DNA from: Patescibacteria group bacterium
GTDB lineage: Bacteria > Patescibacteriota > Saccharimonadia > Saccharimonadales > CAYUUR01
Direction: 5' to 3'
Length of the DNA: 64,000 nucleotides
Assembly (NCBI GenBank): GCA_052034685.1
Contig: JBPOIH010000011.1
Coordinates: forward strand, 17,910-81,909
A model generated the notes under the pieces. The model had not been told where the DNA came from. It did not search any database and saw nothing but the letters and a program-made list of their open reading frames with translations. Made by a program: the position numbers and the translations under genes. Positions 28,380 through 38,186 of this stretch are shown one piece after another. Position 1 is the stretch's first letter; each line of letters starts with the position of its first letter.

Positions 28380-28667
28380 TTACCGCGTAAGATGTCTATC
28401 AAGGATATCGTCTGCTACCGACTCGTTTTCGTCCCAAAGATAACGGGCATCCTCTGGCGTGATTCTGTTTGCATCGAGAGCACGACTAATTGCACGGAAG
28501 TTTCCATTGTGCTGATGAAGGGCCTGCAGCGCAATATCAGTTAGGTCGTATTCGTCGCCTTCCCAACGCGCAAGCTCAATCAATCCTGATTCACCGAGCG
28601 GCTTATACGGGCCGTGGAATACACCCTCTTGTGGGTTTGCAGAAACTGCGGTTTCAATCGTTGTCAT
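28380..28667 (-). CDS. hypothetical protein
   Basis: 95-aa ORF. Confidence 0.5.
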   Translation of the reverse strand: MTTIETAVSANPQEGVFHGPYKPLGESGLIELARWEGDEYDLTDIALQALHQHNGNFRAISRALDANRITPEDARYLWDENESVADDILDRHLTR

Positions 28668-28794
28668 AACTTCTCCTTCTAAACTTGATTATCCCATGTA
28701 CTCAAATATTTACAAACTGTTCTTCAGTGGTTGCATCTGGTAGAACAAGTTATCGACAATAGACAAGTGCACTACGCCCAGCAACGCGTGAATA

Positions 28795-29310
28795 CTAGTG
28801 GTTGATGTAGATGACTATGTTATCGCCCAAGAAGTATTCAACTTCATGCCCCCTCGATGACGAACCGTTGGTGAAGTCCATTGTGTAGGCATCACCCGGT
28901 CCTTGTGTAATCTGTGTATGAGCGTTTTCAAGCTCAGGAATCGCAAATCTTACCTCTTTGAAGCCGGCTAGGGTTAATAGACTACGTGACCCGTTGATAT
29001 AGTCTTGGTGCATTGCCAGTACAGCGTTTTCCCAGAGGTTCATGATAAATATGTCTGAATCGGGGCAGTCGACTCCCGCAAAGCGGAGTAATGCAGCACG
29101 ACAAGAGTTGAATGCCGGAGTACTATCTAACTCGTTTTCTATCGCTCCTGGTCTCAATAGCCATATGCCGTTACGTAGCGTTATTGCTGCGCCTGCGTCG
29201 ATTAGCTCAAGTACATTAACAGCACCAAGCGTTGCTGTCTCTTCGTCGATAATGTGTTCCTGTACAATCACATCGGGCAGGATTGTAACTTTTTCACTAG
29301 TGGCGTTCAT
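28795..29310 (-). CDS. hypothetical protein (weak HxD...H, cupin/2OG-oxygenase-like spacing)
   Basis: ORF trimmed to MNATSEKV. It contains MHQDY and a later RGHEVEY. The family call is weak. Confidence 0.45.
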   Translation of the reverse strand: MNATSEKVTILPDVIVQEHIIDEETATLGAVNVLELIDAGAAITLRNGIWLLRPGAIENELDSTPAFNSCRAALLRFAGVDCPDSDIFIMNLWENAVLAMHQDYINGSRSLLTLAGFKEVRFAIPELENAHTQITQGPGDAYTMDFTNGSSSRGHEVEYFLGDNIVIYINH

Positions 29311-29405
29311 GACACAAATAGTCTGACAGACGTCGCCAAAATGCAAGCATGACCATTATGAATTGGTAGTCGAGTCGTGTTAGTAGCTCGCCGCTAATCG
29401 GTTTC

Positions 29406-29642
29406 TTAACCGAGGGGATTGGTTTCGTCGTTGACTGCAGCGACAATTGCGTCCATGTAGGCGTCGACCGCATCATCAATCAGCACATCAAGCTCGAATT
29501 GTGCCAGGGCTTGTGTCTTTGCTTCCTCACTCAGATTACTTACCTTAAAGAACTCCATCAACATTTGCCTTCGTTCATCTAGCTTAAAACTGAGACTGGC
29601 GGGTATTCGCTCTGGTGCTGGTTGAGATTCCGGGCTCGTCAT
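29406..29642 (-). CDS. hypothetical small protein
   Basis: The ORF-track start at 29837 lies beyond a strong hairpin (AACAGAGCGCC-6 nt-GGCGCTCTGTT near 29700-29727). It was trimmed to M66 (MTSPESQ) at 29642. Confidence 0.4.
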   Translation of the reverse strand: MTSPESQPAPERIPASLSFKLDERRQMLMEFFKVSNLSEEAKTQALAQFELDVLIDDAVDAYMDAIVAAVNDETNPLG

Positions 29643-30045
29643 AACAGTTACGATACCATAAAATTTAAACGCGTAAATAGCCTCGCTACAATAAAAACTA
29701 ACAGAGCGCCGAATCTGGCGCTCTGTTAGTTTAGCTCGTCGCTCTATATTTGAGCGATTATCCAGGCACAACCCGCGAGGCTGAGCAAGAATATGCTTAG
29801 TCCTACTGGCGAACCCTAGCTGAACCATGAGCCCCATGAACGCCAGTGTTTTCTGGACTGTTCATACCAGCGCATTTCTTCTTCTTTTGTCATTTTTGAC
29901 ATAAGATGACTCTTTTTTAGCTAATAGTAAGCCTCTATTATTGTGTTTGCCAGTGAATAGTTATTCTTTAGAGACAAAGGACGATCCGTTGCCTGGACCT
30001 ATCAACGCAATGATTACATCAGATGAGGCCACTCCACGTAGGAAA

Positions 30046-30582
30046 CTATTGCTGGCACAGTTCGGCGAGTTTGAGCGTCGTGTTGGCGTTACGAATAGTT
30101 ATGGATTGGTATGCTTTCGTGCCAACGATCTTGCTGTAGCGCGTGCGGCCAAACGTCTCGAGTGGTGCCGACCAGAAAATGATTGGATGGTGTGCCGCAA
30201 CTTTTTCGTATTCTGGCTTTGCCTCGCCAACTTCGGCCATGATATCTGTCGCACTCTTTGGTGCAATCACGAATATTGCGTTATGTTTAGCGTTGCCATT
30301 GTTCCACCACATCGGCGCACACTCCAATGCTGCCAGTAATTCTTCAGCAATGATAACCGAGCAAACCACCCGGAACCCGAACTGCTTTTCTATTGCTGTT
30401 TCGCAAGCTTCTACAAGCTTGGCGTTGCTGGTTTGCGTTGACTCAAAAATGACATTGCCTGAGTTAATGTAGGTCTGCACATTCTTAAAGCCAGCTCGTT
30501 CAAAACAGCTTTTTAACTCAGGCATGGCCACCTTGTTGTTGCCGCCAACGTTGATCCCGCGCAACAGCGCAATACATTTCAT
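30046..30582 (-). CDS. DUF1697 family protein
   Basis: MKCIALLRGINVGGNNKVAMPELK is the characteristic N-terminus. Start trimmed to 30582. Confidence 0.8.
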   Translation of the reverse strand: MKCIALLRGINVGGNNKVAMPELKSCFERAGFKNVQTYINSGNVIFESTQTSNAKLVEACETAIEKQFGFRVVCSVIIAEELLAALECAPMWWNNGNAKHNAIFVIAPKSATDIMAEVGEAKPEYEKVAAHHPIIFWSAPLETFGRTRYSKIVGTKAYQSITIRNANTTLKLAELCQQ

Positions 30583-30824
30583 GCATATATTATACGAGAC
30601 GATGCTACTGTACTGAATTCTTTTCCATAACACTGCCGCACGCTCGGTCGCGTACTAACTGAAGCATCGGGCGTTTAGAGAAAGTTTACTCATTGTTCTG
30701 ATGTCACGGCACTATAGCAAAGCTCCAAACAGTCTGACTGTGATCCTGCGCAAATTCAATATGGTTGCTCGGCAGATAAATTGAGATTCATATATTTCGG
30801 TGCAGAATGTATATAATAGTTCTA

Positions 30825-31316
30825 ATGGAAAAACTTCAAAAAGAATACTTACAGAGCGCAATGTTCGGGTTTAACGATGCTCTTGTGTCTACAACGGGTG
30901 TTATTGTTGGTATTAGCACGGGTACTGGGAATAAAAAGGTTGTAATCCTGGCGGGAGTCGTAACGATATTGGTTGAGGCGCTTTCAATGGGTTCCGGGCA
31001 ATACCTGAGCTCTAAATCAGCACATCAGCTCGATGGAACCGATTCCTTCAGGATACCTTTGATCAGTGGTCTTGTGATGTTCGCTGCCTATTTCTTGGCT
31101 GGTCTTGTACCGCTTATGGCGATTATCTTATCACCAATGAGTTATGCCAGAAACGCCGCAATTGTTGCTGCACTCAGTTGCCTCTTGGTGCTTGGTTACG
31201 TCAAAGGAGAAATAGTAAAAGTTTCGCCTATAAGAAGCGCAGTAGAGGTCTTTGTAATCGGCGGCATTACCACTGGCATAGGTATTATTGCCGGTAAAAT
31301 CTTTGCCATAAAATAA
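30825..31316 (+). CDS. VIT1/CCC1-family iron/manganese transporter (TM domain only)
   Basis: Contains FGFNDALVSTTGVIVGIS and SMGSGQYLSSKS with five hydrophobic segments. Start trimmed to ATG 30825. Confidence 0.75.
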   Translation: MEKLQKEYLQSAMFGFNDALVSTTGVIVGISTGTGNKKVVILAGVVTILVEALSMGSGQYLSSKSAHQLDGTDSFRIPLISGLVMFAAYFLAGLVPLMAIILSPMSYARNAAIVAALSCLLVLGYVKGEIVKVSPIRSAVEVFVIGGITTGIGIIAGKIFAIK

Positions 31317-31362
31317 CGCACACTGATGGAGTAAGGGTTAACCTATGGGCCAGTATTAAATA

Positions 31363-31478
31363 ATGAAACAGATGCAGTTTACGGTTGAGATTAGTGCTAG
31401 CAAACAAAAGGTCTGGGATACGTTTGGCAAGACAAAACCTTCCGCGATTGGGCTGGCTTGATTGATCCAGGCGCATAA
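31363..31478 (+). pseudogene. frameshifted, truncated SRPBCC/AHSA1-like gene fragment
   Basis: MKQMQFTVEISASKQKVWDTF is followed by a stop 11 codons later. The +1 frame continues WQDKTFRDWAGLIDPGA*, so together they read like the N-terminus of an SRPBCC protein broken by a 1-nt frameshift. Confidence 0.45.
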
Positions 31479-31498
31479 ATTTTCTCGTTAGGCGCGGT

Positions 31499-32008
31499 TC
31501 AGGCTTGTTCGCGAGCGATTGCGACTACTTGGCGCGCAACCACATTAGGGAGAGGCTCGGCGTCGACGATGTGAGTAGCGGTTTCTTCGTACCAAGGCAG
31601 ACGTTCTTCGAAGAGTTCGCGAGCTTTTGTGACGTCACTAAAGAGCGGACGTTCACGCCCTGTGTCACGCATGACGCGTTCCTGAGCCACTTCAAATGGA
31701 GCGTTCAGCCAGACAACAGGAACTTCACTTTCCCGAAGAACTTGCCTGCCTAACTCAGTGCTCACGAAGCCTCCACCCGTTGAAAATACACCTGCGCCCT
31801 CGCCCAATATTGTCTGAAGAGCTTTTGCTTCGGTCTCCCGGAACTTGGCCATGTCAGTTTTGACAAGCTCTGGTACATCAATCCCGGCTGCTTCCATCCA
31901 TTCATCAGTATCTTTGTATGGAACACCTAGAGTTTCAGCGGATAATGAGCCGATGGTCGATTTGCCCATTCCCATGAATCCAGTCAGTATTACTCTTTCT
32001 CCAGTCAT
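31499..32008 (-). CDS. aroK: shikimate kinase
   Basis: P-loop GFMGMGKSTIG, then DTDEWME, then STGGGFV. Confidence 0.8.
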   Translation of the reverse strand: MTGERVILTGFMGMGKSTIGSLSAETLGVPYKDTDEWMEAAGIDVPELVKTDMAKFRETEAKALQTILGEGAGVFSTGGGFVSTELGRQVLRESEVPVVWLNAPFEVAQERVMRDTGRERPLFSDVTKARELFEERLPWYEETATHIVDAEPLPNVVARQVVAIAREQA

Positions 32009-32096
32009 AATGGATTAAAAGTAGCACGTTTTATGGTGTAAGAAAATTGCTTGTGGTCGTTTTTCCACCGTCACTAGCAATATTGATTGTATGAAG

Positions 32097-32732
32097 TTAT
32101 TCTTTAACCGTGAGATCGTCGTGTGCTTCCGCAACTACGGTTAGAGCTTCCGCCAACTCTACGTACCCTACAAGCTCTGCTTGATCTGGAAAGGCAATAT
32201 CATCAAAGTCAACCATGACTTCCCTGTGTCCTAGCCATCCCATCATATGTCCAAAGGCTTCCGAATAAACGCGGCCTTTAAACGAATCATAGACGTCTAA
32301 GTAGAGGCCTTCGGGTACTTCGTGTCGTCTAATATTAAATGGGCGGAATCGATGACGACGCTCCACTAATTCCAGGGTGCCTTCTTGTGTATAGTCTTCA
32401 GTTAAGATTCCAACGGTTTCACCATCGGTATTTGCAGCAGGCAGAGTAAAGAGTGGTAATGAATCAAATCGACTCGGCTGATATCTCAGCAATCGGTCTC
32501 CTACTTGCATTTCTAGTGCAACACGTGTGATACAATCGTAACTTGTTGTTTTTAGTCCAGCGTGTATAAGCATGTCGTCTCCCCCGAGAGCAACTTGTCC
32601 CACTGGAGCAAATTCACTCTGTGTTGGGTCCACGCCAAGAATTCTATGCGCTACCTCGGGAGACAACGCAAGCATAGAGAAAGCGTCTCCACAGGCTTCA
32701 GAATATGGCCCAAAAGCATGTATCTCTGACAT
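32097..32732 (-). CDS. hypothetical protein
   Basis: ORF trimmed to MSEIHAFGPY. No family recognised. Confidence 0.5.
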   Translation of the reverse strand: MSEIHAFGPYSEACGDAFSMLALSPEVAHRILGVDPTQSEFAPVGQVALGGDDMLIHAGLKTTSYDCITRVALEMQVGDRLLRYQPSRFDSLPLFTLPAANTDGETVGILTEDYTQEGTLELVERRHRFRPFNIRRHEVPEGLYLDVYDSFKGRVYSEAFGHMMGWLGHREVMVDFDDIAFPDQAELVGYVELAEALTVVAEAHDDLTVKE

Positions 32733-32799
32733 GAGAATAACGATAACATAATGCACTGTAGCTGTAAAATAAAGCTATTTGGTGTAGTAGAAAAACTGG

Positions 32800-33306
32800 C
32801 TACTGCTTGTAACGTATGGCAGTAACTTTATGGCCTAAGTGGCGCTCAGTTTTTGTAACACCTCCTTCTTCATATCGGCGAGAATCAAAGACATACATAC
32901 CAATTTTTGGCATTATGCTGGCTGGTTTACGCTTGATTATTCTATCTCCGCGGAATGTCGCTACCATTAACTGGTCAGACAGCGTAACTTCTTGAATGTC
33001 TGAAATTACTTTGGCTTCACCGTCTGGTTGTTGTTCGATGACCTCAACCTTGGTTTGTTCTGTTGAGCTTCTCAGTAGGTATGCCGCAGCAATGGTGCCC
33101 ATGTCTTTTGGGCCTACGTCAACAAAGACCGTTAGATCTTGTTTGGGCTGTTCTGTTGCAGAGGCAGTCTTGAATCTGGTTGTATACCCTTCTTCGTCAT
33201 AAGCATAGATCGATCCACGCGAAGTTGTGAACGAAACTACAGAATCCTGAGGCCGTAGCTCAGAGTCTGACGGGCCCGTTGCCTGCTCTTGAGTGTGTTC
33301 TGTCAT
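32800..33306 (-). CDS. hypothetical protein
   Basis: 168-aa ORF. Confidence 0.55.
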   Translation of the reverse strand: MTEHTQEQATGPSDSELRPQDSVVSFTTSRGSIYAYDEEGYTTRFKTASATEQPKQDLTVFVDVGPKDMGTIAAAYLLRSSTEQTKVEVIEQQPDGEAKVISDIQEVTLSDQLMVATFRGDRIIKRKPASIMPKIGMYVFDSRRYEEGGVTKTERHLGHKVTAIRYKQ

Positions 33307-33354
33307 GTATATATCATAGCAAGAACGAGCTTTTCTATATGTTGCAGATAAGTA

Positions 33355-34176
33355 TCAAACCTTTGGCTTCAAGTTCCCGTCGTTTTTGACGTTGACGAAC
33401 TTCAACGATACGAGCAGGAGTAGGATTGGTACATACAAACCAATCGCGCTTATTGCGGCAAACGCAGGTGCAATATCTGGATTTGAGCCAAGGTTTGCTT
33501 CACGGATAAAGACCGAGAAGTCCCATAGTCCGTGCAGTACCATCGGCACCATCAGTAAACCAGACTTACGGAATATCAGATAAAAGATCGCGCCGGTAAC
33601 TGTTGCAAAAGCAATCTGTTGTAGCGTAGGGGCTAGTGCCTGCCCCATAAAGAAGTTCGCACCGTGAAAGATACCAAAGCTCAATGCCACGACCAACATG
33701 ACACGTAGTTCGCTCAGACCCGAACCTCGTGCGCCTCGCAGCACAATGCCTCGGAACAAAAGCTCTTCGTTATAACCCACCAGCGCCGTGCCAATAAAGA
33801 TGTAGCTAATCATTTGCCCAACAGAACTGCCCAGCTGAGCTGATGCGAGATTAGAGATGATACCAATGGCCATTATGATCGCAAAAAGATTCATCCAGCT
33901 GTGGCCTTTGATCTTGTATGTATCGTGCCAAAGGTCCTTCCACCAGCCGCTCCATTTTGCAAATGCTGTGAGTAAGACTGAGCCTGCAACCATTGGCAAC
34001 ACCACTGCTTTTAGGAAGTTATCTGGGCTGTCGGTGATTGTCTCGTAGCCTACGCCGGATAGTTTCAGCGCTGCCGAAAAGAAAATTACATAGAAAACCG
34101 CAGCGAGCAGGCCGTTACGCAAACTCGGCTCTAACTTATATTCACCCGCTTTACGCACCGTATCAGCCTTTGTCAT
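33355..34176 (-). CDS. CPBP-family intramembrane glutamic endopeptidase
   Basis: Motifs EELLFRG, FGIFHG and HGLWD in a polytopic membrane protein. Confidence 0.8.
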   Translation of the reverse strand: MTKADTVRKAGEYKLEPSLRNGLLAAVFYVIFFSAALKLSGVGYETITDSPDNFLKAVVLPMVAGSVLLTAFAKWSGWWKDLWHDTYKIKGHSWMNLFAIIMAIGIISNLASAQLGSSVGQMISYIFIGTALVGYNEELLFRGIVLRGARGSGLSELRVMLVVALSFGIFHGANFFMGQALAPTLQQIAFATVTGAIFYLIFRKSGLLMVPMVLHGLWDFSVFIREANLGSNPDIAPAFAAISAIGLYVPILLLLVSLKFVNVKNDGNLKPKV

Positions 34177-34323
34177 CAGACATCCCCCTTATGTATGATT
34201 TGAATTATACTACGGGTATTGTTGTTTTGCTGAGCAAAACTTTCGACTAGCGTTCTTTTCTGCCTCGTTGCGAACTACATACCTATCCTATATGACAGGA
34301 ACTAATCTGTAGTGGAGACAAGC

Positions 34324-34656
34324 TTACATTTCACTAAGGTGACGTACGGCAATTGTGGCTACAAGGTCAGAGCGATCTGCGATACTTGTGATTATGTCTT
34401 CTGGTGAAGTCGGCTCAAGTGGTTGGCCGCCGGTTAGTCGGACGGGAAAGCTACTCTCTGGATGTTCGTGAATGTCGACTTGAGTTGTTACGACGGTAAC
34501 GCTATCTTGGCCTGGCTGCAGTACAACTGTGTCAACTTTTGGAGGCTTGTGCTCCGTATCAGCAATATGAAGAACAAACCCGCGACCTTGTCCTGTCACA
34601 AGCTCTCTCGACATGAAGCCACCGCTACGCATCAATTCATTAAATTTCTTTGCCAT
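34324..34656 (-). CDS. hypothetical protein
   Basis: 110-aa ORF. Confidence 0.5.
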   Translation of the reverse strand: MAKKFNELMRSGGFMSRELVTGQGRGFVLHIADTEHKPPKVDTVVLQPGQDSVTVVTTQVDIHEHPESSFPVRLTGGQPLEPTSPEDIITSIADRSDLVATIAVRHLSEM

Positions 34657-34735
34657 AAAGTAAAAAATACCACAAAACAGGTACTTCGTAAATACTCAGC
34701 TCCCCTAGTAGATGTACTCCGCAACAACGCTTTCT

Positions 34736-35108
34736 CTAAGTACTGCGCTGTTGTTTCGAGCTGGTCAAGAAGGCTCCATTTTGAGAAGTCGCCATCATGT
34801 ATCCATAATTATGCTTGTTCGTGCCATCGAACACAACGAGCAGCTTTATGGCGATAGTTCCTTGTTTACTGAAGCTTACGTCAGTTGATTCCCAAGCTTG
34901 AAGTTGCGTAAGAAGTTTAATTACCTCGCAATGCATTAAACTGTGTAGCAAATCTTTGGCCCCTGTGCTTAGGAACTCTCCTATATGCCGATTTAATATT
35001 GGCGTACACACTCTTTCCCGATATCATTTTTTGGAGATATCGCATATCTTCCATGGTTTGTTTCTTGATTGCATTGTTTTGATTCGAATTTAGCATTGAT
35101 AGTTTCAT
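34736..35108 (-). pseudogene. possible frameshifted gene divergent from the wHTH regulator
   Basis: A strong RBS (AAGGAGG, 6-nt spacer) precedes ATG 35108, but that frame stops after 63 aa. An overlapping 91-aa frame (35011-34736) continues to the next intergenic region. The product is unidentified. Confidence 0.3.
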
Positions 35109-35197
35109 ATGTACCCTCCTTTTGATTAATATATTTGCAAAAGGTCACTTGCTTGCTATACTAGTAATCATTATTAACTAGTAAACAAAGTATACCA

Positions 35198-35503
35198 ATG
35201 CGCACAACATATAGTCAAGAACAAATCATAAGAACTAAAAGCATCGCCAAGATAATCGGAGATGCCAGTAATGTATTGATCCTTTACGAACTAATGAACT
35301 TTGGTGAAAAATCATTCAATGAGCTAAAACGAATGACTGACATCAATGCCGTCACCCTCTCTAAGAAGTTAACCCTACTTAAGACTGAAGGACTGGTGGA
35401 TAGTCATGAGTGCGGTATCGAGAACCGTTATTTTATTACAGAAAAATCAGAGGACTTTCGACCCCTTATAAGGGATATAGAAAGTTTAGTAATTAACAAG
35501 TAA
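35198..35503 (+). CDS. winged-helix transcriptional regulator (HxlR/ArsR-like)
   Basis: Reads ILYELMNFGEKSFNELKRMTDINAVTLSKKLTLLKTEGLV. Confidence 0.65.
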   Translation: MRTTYSQEQIIRTKSIAKIIGDASNVLILYELMNFGEKSFNELKRMTDINAVTLSKKLTLLKTEGLVDSHECGIENRYFITEKSEDFRPLIRDIESLVINK

Positions 35504-35512
35504 GGAGAATAT

Positions 35513-35755
35513 ATGGGAATACTAGACCAATTACAAAACATAATAGGTGGGGCCACAGACGCAGCACAGGGATCAATCGGAGACGTTGCCGGAGGACTCG
35601 GTGAAATTCCAGGAGTGCAAGAAGTGCAGGATATTGCAGGTGGCGCGACAGAAGCCGTTACTTCTGCCACTGACAGTGCGACCGAAGCGGTAACTTCCGT
35701 GACAGAACAAGGTCAAACTGCTGTTGAGGACATCTCTGGCAATTTAGGCTTGTAG
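35513..35755 (+). CDS. small acidic Gly/Ala/Thr-rich repetitive protein
   Basis: 80 aa, with an AAGGAG RBS 7 nt upstream. It has internal repeats GGATDAAQGS / GGATEAVTSATDSATEAVTSVTE and starts 9 nt after the regulator stop. Confidence 0.55.
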   Translation: MGILDQLQNIIGGATDAAQGSIGDVAGGLGEIPGVQEVQDIAGGATEAVTSATDSATEAVTSVTEQGQTAVEDISGNLGL

Positions 35756-35767
35756 GATCAGTGCGTG

Positions 35768-35790
35768 CTAAAAGGGTTCTACCCTTTTAG
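35768..35790 (+). terminator. hairpin after the small repetitive gene
   Basis: CTAAAAGGGT-tct-ACCCTTTTAG. Confidence 0.5.
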
Positions 35791-36066
35791 CAGGAATGGA
35801 CTTCTGCGCACGTGCTTGATGACTGTACTTACAACCTGTGCTAGCTCAAGCGATTGCCTTGTTTTGTTCGGATCTGACCTGAGAACAATATAAAAACCGC
35901 ACTTAGATGACTACGGATTACTCACGGTCACCCGCAACTAGATTCGAACCAAGTGATTCTACCACCTGATTTTGGGGCACCTTACCTTAGCTTAAATCTG
36001 TTAATTTTCGTAATATTTACTGCGAATGTACGATTACCGTAAAAGACATAGAGTACAATCAGTAGC

Positions 36067-36525
36067 ATGAGTGATCGTATTAAATCATGGCTTTTTGTTA
36101 GCGCTCAGGCCCTGCTACTAGTCTTACTAATATTCTTAACGAATGCAAAAAACACGCCAGTTTATTCTGTAGTATTCGCTGGTCGATTTATCGAAATAAC
36201 CGGATTCATCATTTTATTAGTTTCGTTCTACGACTTACGAAAATCACTAACCGCATTACCGCTCCCCAAAGAAAATGGTGAGTTGCAGATTCACGGACTT
36301 TACAAGTATGTGCGACACCCAATGTATGTTGGAGTTCTGGTGACATCTCTCGGTATCGCAGTTTCTAGCGGCTCTGTTGTTAAGTATCTGCTCGTACTCG
36401 CGCTCTATATCTTGTTTAGTTTTAAGGCGCGATATGAAGAGAAGCTACTCCTTGCTAAGTACCCTGACTACAAAGTATATGTGCATAAGACCCGTCGGTT
36501 CATGCCCACACTATCTAACAACTAA
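36067..36525 (+). CDS. ICMT/PEMT-family membrane methyltransferase
   Basis: Contains GLYKYVRHPMYVG and four TM helices. Confidence 0.7.
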   Translation: MSDRIKSWLFVSAQALLLVLLIFLTNAKNTPVYSVVFAGRFIEITGFIILLVSFYDLRKSLTALPLPKENGELQIHGLYKYVRHPMYVGVLVTSLGIAVSSGSVVKYLLVLALYILFSFKARYEEKLLLAKYPDYKVYVHKTRRFMPTLSNN

Positions 36526-36782
36526 AGCCCGTATTTGGCTTTGACATGACTTTTGTTAATGCCGTTTACTAGATTTGTATAGCCCATGTCTTTTAAAATT
36601 TGCATCGAAGCGTTTGACCGGCTTCCAGACAAGCAATATAAAACGAGCTCAGTATCTTTGGGCACTCCATCGAGCTTTTTAGCACCCTCCATCAATTTTG
36701 ACGGTGGTATATTTATAGCTCCTTTAACGTGTCCTGTTTTATATTCAAGTGGCTCGCGTACATCAATAATAATGCGATTCAT
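36522..36782 (-). CDS. rhodanese-domain protein
   Basis: Contains IIDVREPLEYKTGHVKGAINIP and the active-site loop YCLSGSRS. Confidence 0.85.
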   Translation of the reverse strand: MNRIIIDVREPLEYKTGHVKGAINIPPSKLMEGAKKLDGVPKDTELVLYCLSGSRSNASMQILKDMGYTNLVNGINKSHVKAKYGL

Positions 36783-36865
36783 ACTAATCCTTTATTTTAA
36801 GTGGTACTCATATATTATTGTAAATCATTTACATTAGCAAGATTTAAGCATATACTAAAATTGAT

Positions 36866-37264
36866 ATGAACAATACTACTTCTAGTCAGCGTCAAACCAA
36901 ATACTGCCAATCTATCGAGATAATGCTTGAGGCCATGGGTCATGCCACAAACACCGAGTTGCTCATAGAACTACGCAATACTTACCCTAACCTAAGTGCG
37001 ACAACCGTTCATCGTGCAACTGCAAGGCTTGCATCACGAGGAACAATTGCGGTTGCGCCGACATCGCACGACGGCTCGATGCGTTATGACACTAATGTTG
37101 TGCCCCACGATCACTTTTTATGTACAAACTGCGGAATGCTTCGTGACACTGACGTAAAACATAGAGTGGTGCCGATTCTTGAATCGGCTATTGGCGATTG
37201 CCACATATCAGGACGCTTAACGATTAGCGGTATATGCAGACAATGTAAGGAGAAGAGATTATGA
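36866..37264 (+). CDS. Fur-family transcriptional regulator
   Basis: A wHTH (NLSATTVHRATARLASRG) with HDHFLCTNCG and CRQC metal sites. Confidence 0.8.
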   Translation: MNNTTSSQRQTKYCQSIEIMLEAMGHATNTELLIELRNTYPNLSATTVHRATARLASRGTIAVAPTSHDGSMRYDTNVVPHDHFLCTNCGMLRDTDVKHRVVPILESAIGDCHISGRLTISGICRQCKEKRL

Positions 37265-37506
37265 AAATTACTGTATACAGCACGACAACTTGCCCATACT
37301 GCGTGATGTTAAAAAACTGGCTTGATTCTAAATCGGTAGAATTTACAAATTACATGGTTGACCAAAATCCAATAGCGGCGCAAAACATGATTAACCTTAG
37401 TGGTCAAATGGGTGTACCATTCAGCACTATCGAATACGATGACGGAAAAGTCGAAAAGATTCTGGGCTTTGATAGGCCAAAACTTGAAGCTGCTTTAGCA
37501 AAATAA
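37261..37506 (+). CDS. glutaredoxin-like (NrdH/YruB-type) protein
   Basis: Contains ITVYSTTTCPYC and MGVP. It overlaps the Fur gene stop by 4 nt. Confidence 0.8.
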   Translation: MKITVYSTTTCPYCVMLKNWLDSKSVEFTNYMVDQNPIAAQNMINLSGQMGVPFSTIEYDDGKVEKILGFDRPKLEAALAK

Positions 37507-37522
37507 TACAAAGGAGCTCATC

Positions 37523-38128
37523 ATGAAAAAAATCAATCCAAAGATGCTAGCCGTCACTATCGTAGGTGTCTCAGTCTTACTGGGTATTAGTGGCTATTTT
37601 GTTCTCAACAATGATTCTGATAGAAATAATGCACCCTTAAATGGGTCAAACGTAAAAGCTAGCCAGACTACCGCTACCGAAACCAAAACCACGCCAACTT
37701 TAGCAGGTAAATCTACCGAGGAGCAGGTGCTATTCCTTATCGAAGAAGAAAAGCTGGCACATGATGTATATACGGTTATGTATCAGAAATACGGGGCTAA
37801 TGTGTTTGGCAATATACTGCAGAGCGAATCAACTCATCAGGGTCGAGTACTTACGTTATTGCAAGCACGCAATATTGCAGATCCACGCTCGTCTGAAATC
37901 GGTGTTTTCAAGAACGAAGATCTACAAGCCCTATATAGCCAATTAATTGCACAAGGCAACCAAAACGCAACAGAAGCTTATAAGGTTGGAGTGGTTATTG
38001 AAGAAAAGGATATTGCAGATATTAGTACGCAACTTGCAGCCATAACAGATCAAGATGTTACAGACACTCTAGAATCACTTCGTAGTGGTTCAGAGAACCA
38101 CCTACGTGCATTTAACAGGCAGCTATAG
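37523..38128 (+). CDS. DUF2202 ferritin-like protein, membrane anchored
   Basis: Contains EEEKLAHDVYTVMYQKYGANVFGNILQSESTHQ and GSENHLRAF. Confidence 0.7.
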   Translation: MKKINPKMLAVTIVGVSVLLGISGYFVLNNDSDRNNAPLNGSNVKASQTTATETKTTPTLAGKSTEEQVLFLIEEEKLAHDVYTVMYQKYGANVFGNILQSESTHQGRVLTLLQARNIADPRSSEIGVFKNEDLQALYSQLIAQGNQNATEAYKVGVVIEEKDIADISTQLAAITDQDVTDTLESLRSGSENHLRAFNRQL

Positions 38129-38186
38129 GTTCACTCTTGGCGTCAAACATAACTCTTCGTTCCACTTCTATTCAGAGCAAGTAAAA

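Noticed and set aside
29819-29902. A small Trp-rich ORF on the minus strand (MSKMTKEEEMRWYEQSRKHWRSWGSWFS)
   Set aside because: It has only a weak purine tract upstream, no recognisable family and no supporting context. It cannot be distinguished from a chance ORF.
29941-30339. Track ORF 29941-30339 (plus strand)
   Set aside because: It is antisense to the well-supported DUF1697 gene (30046-30582, minus strand).
35921-36000. A possible tRNA or tRNA pseudogene on the minus strand (GATTCGAACC T-loop-like string)
   Set aside because: Flanking sequences do not form T-stem, anticodon-stem or acceptor pairings when folded by hand. At most it is a very degraded fragment.
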